Assembly (NCBI RefSeq): GCF_003790525.1
Contig: NZ_CP033635.1
Reading direction: 5' to 3' (one strand)
Length of the DNA: 64,000 bases
DNA from: Escherichia coli
Lineage (GTDB): Bacteria; Pseudomonadota; Gammaproteobacteria; Enterobacterales; Enterobacteriaceae
In this document: piece by piece, positions 60,005 through 64,000 of the stretch
Numbering within the stretch: position 1 is the stretch's first letter
How the letters are laid out: the number at the start of each line of letters is the position of its first letter
Translations under genes and position numbers: made by a program
Notes under the pieces: model-generated
What the model saw: the letters and a program-made list of their open reading frames with translations, nothing else
Databases searched by the model: none
What the model was told of the DNA's origin: nothing

Positions 60005-61456
60005 TCATTCACGCCAGAAAGTCGGGGTAAAGAGCACCAGCAATGTAAAGACCTCGAGACGACCAAACAGCATGTTGGCAATCAGGATCCATTTAGCCAC
60101 CGGGTTCATACTGGTAAAGTTATCAGCAACCACACCAAGCCCTGGCCCCAGGTTATTCAATGTCGCAACAACCGAGGCAAAGGCAGAAAAGTCATCCACG
60201 CCCGTGGCGATAATCGCCAGCATACTGACAATAAACACCAATGCATAGGCGGAGAAAAATCCCCACACGGCTTCGAGGATACGTTCCGGCAGTGCGCGAT
60301 TCCCCAGCTTAATGCTATAGACGGCGTTCGGATGCACCAGTCGTTTCAGCTCACGGTTCCCCTGCTTAAACAGCAGCAGGATGCGGATCACTTTCAGGCC
60401 ACCGCCCGTTGACCCGGCACAACCGCCGATAAAAGCTGAACATAAGAGCAGTACCGGCAAAAAGAGCGGCCAGCGGGCAATGCTGTCAGTTGTAAACCCG
60501 GCGGTTGTCGCCATCGACACCACCTGGAAAAACGCCTGGTTAATTGTCATCAGCGCCGAACTGTAGACATTATGAAACCACAGTACGAGTGTACAAATAA
60601 CCACCAGTGAAAACTGTACGCCGATAAACATGCGAAATTCCGGATCGCGCCAATAAACCTTCAGACTACGCCCACTTAACAGTGAAAAGTGCAGACCGTA
60701 GTTACAGCCAGAGATCAGCAGGAAGATAGCAATGATAGTGTTAATAGTCGGGCTGTCGAAATAACCGATACTGGCATCATGTGTCGAGAAGCCGCCAATA
60801 GCGATAGTCGCAAAGCTATGGCCGATGGCATCAAAGGCATCCATTCCAGCAAACCACAACGCCAGCGCACAGGCGACGGTCAGCAAGACATAAATCAACC
60901 ACAGGGTTTTCGCCGTTTCCGCAATTCGCGGGCGCATTTTGTTATCTTTCAGCGGGCCGGGCATTTCTGCGCGATAGAGCTGCATCCCACCCACGCCGAG
61001 GATAGGCAGTATCGCAACCGCCAACACGATGATCCCCATCCCGCCAAACCATTGCAGCATCTGGCGATAAAAGAGGATGGCATGAGGGAGCGAATCCAGC
61101 CCCACCAGCGTAGTGGCTCCCGTGGTGGTCAGGCCAGAGAAAGATTCAAAAAACGCATCGGTAATCGTGAGGTTCGGGCTTTCCGAGAAGATAAAAGGGA
61201 GCGCACCGACACTACCCAGCACGGTCCAGAACAGCACCACTATCAGAAACCCCTCACGGGATTTCAGTTCGCCCTTCTCTTTGCGGTTCGGCCACCACAG
61301 CATAGAGCCAATGGCGAGGGCGACAAAAAAGGTCTGGGTAAAAGCGCGGCCCGCTCCATCCCGGTAGATGAGTGCTACCAGCCCAGGGATAATCATGGTC
61401 CCTGAAAATAAGATGACCAGTAGTCCAACGATTCGGGTAATGGCGCGAAAATGCAT
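60005..61456 (-). CDS. trkH: Trk system potassium uptake protein
   Basis: 483-aa polytopic membrane protein. Confidence 0.93.
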   Translation of the reverse strand: MHFRAITRIVGLLVILFSGTMIIPGLVALIYRDGAGRAFTQTFFVALAIGSMLWWPNRKEKGELKSREGFLIVVLFWTVLGSVGALPFIFSESPNLTITDAFFESFSGLTTTGATTLVGLDSLPHAILFYRQMLQWFGGMGIIVLAVAILPILGVGGMQLYRAEMPGPLKDNKMRPRIAETAKTLWLIYVLLTVACALALWFAGMDAFDAIGHSFATIAIGGFSTHDASIGYFDSPTINTIIAIFLLISGCNYGLHFSLLSGRSLKVYWRDPEFRMFIGVQFSLVVICTLVLWFHNVYSSALMTINQAFFQVVSMATTAGFTTDSIARWPLFLPVLLLCSAFIGGCAGSTGGGLKVIRILLLFKQGNRELKRLVHPNAVYSIKLGNRALPERILEAVWGFFSAYALVFIVSMLAIIATGVDDFSAFASVVATLNNLGPGLGVVADNFTSMNPVAKWILIANMLFGRLEVFTLLVLFTPTFWRE

Positions 61457-61494
61457 CTCTGCCGCTTCCTTAGTTCTGCAAAACGAAGTGGGGA

Positions 61495-62109
61495 TTATTC
61501 TTCAATCGCTAACAATTGCAATGAACCACGGCTAAAATCCGCCAGCTTTGCGGAAAATTCAGCCACTTTCGCCGCCGGAAGCGCCACCCGCAGCAGAACG
61601 AATGCCTGATAATCACTGTTGATAATTTTGCCGTCACACTGCCCCAGCAACGCTTCAATGCCGGTTAACTGACTATATTCACATTGCAAAGTATATTCGG
61701 TTAATGGCGTCTTGCGTTGGGTCGTTAGCTGGCGCAGCGCCTGATTCACGCCGCCGCCATACGCTTTCACTAACCCACTGGTGCCAAGCAATATGCCGCC
61801 GTAGTAGCGCACCACCACGGCGGTAATTTCCCCGACGCCGCTGCCCATCAGTTGGGCGAGCATCGGTTTACCTGCCGTTCCCGCCGGTTCCCCGTCGTCA
61901 GAGAAACCCAACTGTTGTGAATCATCCGGCGCACCCGCCACCCACGCCACGCAATGGTGGCGGGCATCGGGGTGTTCTGCCCGCACCGATTCAACAAACG
62001 CTTTCGCCGCCTCAACGCCATCGGTATGCGCCAACATCGTTATAAAGCGGCTCTTTTTGATCTCTTCAACAACCGTGACCGGTGCCGCAGGAATTATCCA
62101 GCTTTCCAT
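61495..62109 (-). CDS. yigZ: IMPACT-family protein YigZ; ORF extends to 62112
   Basis: 204/205 aa; overlaps pepQ stop. Confidence 0.88.
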   Translation of the reverse strand: MESWIIPAAPVTVVEEIKKSRFITMLAHTDGVEAAKAFVESVRAEHPDARHHCVAWVAGAPDDSQQLGFSDDGEPAGTAGKPMLAQLMGSGVGEITAVVVRYYGGILLGTSGLVKAYGGGVNQALRQLTTQRKTPLTEYTLQCEYSQLTGIEALLGQCDGKIINSDYQAFVLLRVALPAAKVAEFSAKLADFSRGSLQLLAIEE

Positions 62110-63440
62110 CACGCCAGTTTCAGATCCCGGGTCATGTTTTCCACGTTGTTTTCGTGGATCACCACGTTGTCTTCGATACGAATGCCGCCGAACGGTTTCA
62201 GTGCTTCAATTTTCTGCCAGTTGAAGTGTTTGCTGAACTGCCCTTCACGCCACGGCGCCAGCAGCGATTCGATGAAGTAGATACCCGGTTCGATGGTTAA
62301 CACCATGCCTGGCTGGAGAATACGGGTGCAGCGCAGGTACGGATATTTTGCCGGTGCCGCGAGGTGCGTACCGCTATCATCTTGCATAAAGCCAGCTACG
62401 TCATGCACCTGCAGGCCCAGCGGATGACCGATACCGTGCGGCATAAACGGTCCGGTGAGATCGTTTTCGACCATCGCTTCTTCACTCATATCGGTGATGA
62501 TTTGATGTTTACGCAGCAATTTGGCGATGCGCTGATGGAACTGGATGTGGTAATCCACATAGCTGACGCCAGCTTTCATGGTGGCGATCAGCGCAAGTTG
62601 TTCATCATTTACGTCTTTCACCAGCTGTGCGTAGTCGTTGTCGCTTTTTGCCGACCAGGTACGGGTCAGGTCAGCCGCATAGCCGTTATATTCGGCCCCG
62701 GCATCCAGCAGGAAGCTGCGCATCTCTTCCGGTGCCTGGTGGTCCAATTTGGTGTAATGCAGCACCGCAGCGTGTTCGTTAAGCGCCACAATGTTGCTGT
62801 AAGGTACGTCGGTATCACGATGACCGGTCGCGGTCAGATAGGCAATATTGATATCAAACTCGCTCATGCCAGAACGGAACGCTTCTTCTGCCGCGCGATG
62901 ACCGTTGACCGCCATTTTCTGCGCTTCACGCATACAGGCCAGTTCGTACTCGGTTTTGAAGGAGCGGTAGTAATGCAGGTAGTCGATCACCCCTTTCGGA
63001 TTGATGTTGCTGGCCTCAATACCCAGTTGCAGCGCACGTTCCGGCACCGGACCGATATAACCGATATTGCCGCGCGCAGCAGGCAGCAGGCTACCAATGC
63101 CATCGGCTTTCGGCAGCGCGATCACTTCCACATCTTCAGTCCAGAAGGAGTTCGGCAGCGGTTCGACGTTGTGCCAGTAATCAACCGGCAGATAAAACCA
63201 CAGTTTCGGCTTGTTCACGCCATCCACCAGCAGCCAGCAGTTTGGCACCTGAGTTACCGGCACCCACGCTTTGAATTGCGGGTTCACTTTAAACGGATAG
63301 GGATGATCGTCGAGAAAAACGTTGAACAGTTCGCCGGAGTGAATAAGTAACGCATCCAGCTTGAAGCGCGCCAGCGCATCGCGAGTCCGTTCCTGTAAGG
63401 TAGCTATATGATTTTTATAGAGCGAGGCCAGTGATTCCAT
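62109..63440 (-). CDS. pepQ: Xaa-Pro dipeptidase (prolidase)
   Basis: 443 aa; M24 metallopeptidase fold residues (HGIGH, EPG). Confidence 0.95.
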
Positions 63441-63629
63441 TTTTTACCCTTCTGTTTTTTTGACCTTAAGTCTCCGCATCTTAGCACATCGTTCATCCAG
63501 AGCGTGATTTCTGCCGAGCGTGATCAGATCGGCATTTCTTTAATCTTTTATTTGCATATTTTTAACACAAAATACACACTTCGATGCATCTGGTACGACC
63601 AGATCACCTTGCGGATTCAGGAGACTGAC

Positions 63630-64000
63630 ATGCTTTACAAAGGCGACACCCTGTACCTTGACTGGCTGGAAGATGGCATTGCCGAACTGGTATTTGATGC
63701 CCCAGGTTCAGTTAATAAACTCGACACTGCCACCGTCGCCAGCCTCGGCGAGGCCATCGGCGTGCTGGAACAGCAATCAGATCTAAAAGGGCTGCTGCTG
63801 CGTTCGAACAAAGCAGCCTTTATCGTCGGTGCTGATATCACCGAATTTTTGTCCCTGTTCCTCGTTCCTGAAGAACAGTTAAGTCAGTGGCTGCACTTTG
63901 CCAATAGCGTGTTTAATCGCCTGGAAGATCTGCCGGTGCCGACCATTGCTGCCGTCAACGGCTATGCGCTGGGCGGTGGCTGCGAATGCGTGCTGGCGAC
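63630..64000 (+). CDS. fadB: Fatty-acid oxidation complex alpha subunit, N-terminal part (continues beyond window)
   Basis: Starts [32 protein letters not shown]; enoyl-CoA hydratase domain; no stop in window. Confidence 0.93.

Overview
The window is Escherichia coli chromosome, the fadB–rrnA–polA–glnALG–fdoGHI–yiiG region, in reverse orientation to K-12 numbering. Gene order (increasing coordinate): partial regulator ORF / yiiG / [2-gene accessory insert] / fdhD / fdoG (selenocysteine TGA + SECIS) fdoH fdoI fdhE / yiiF yiiE / [AT-rich accessory gene] / yiiD dtd yihY yihX / sulfoquinovose cluster yihW(csqR) yihV yihU yihT yihS yihR yihQ yihP yihO / ompL / yihN yihM yihL / typA / glnA glnL glnG / yshB / hemN / yihI / csrC / engB / spf / polA / yihG / yihF / dsbA / srkA / yihD / mobA mobB / rRNA operon on minus strand (5S, 23S, tRNA-Ala, tRNA-Ile, 16S, with P1/P2) / hemG / trkH / yigZ / pepQ / fadB (partial). 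Most of this is conserved core genome. Two segments look strain-specific, from my memory of K-12 gene order only (no alignment could be run): (1) a tightly coupled two-gene operon at 1578-5721 encoding a divergent Hsp90/HtpG-family ATPase paralog and a 768-aa helical-repeat partner, between yiiG and fdhD; this is my best candidate for an undescribed system. (2) an AT-rich islet at 13620-16517 encoding a 617-aa protein with the CKSAKDRT CX5R phosphoinositide-phosphatase motif (SopB/IpgD/INPP4-like), between yiiE and yiiD. Neither insert has a flanking integrase, transposase or tRNA. Also notable: yihF is split by a frameshift in an A8 homopolymer, and yiiE/yiiF are tandem paralogs with duplicated upstream elements. 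No CRISPR array or IS element was seen.
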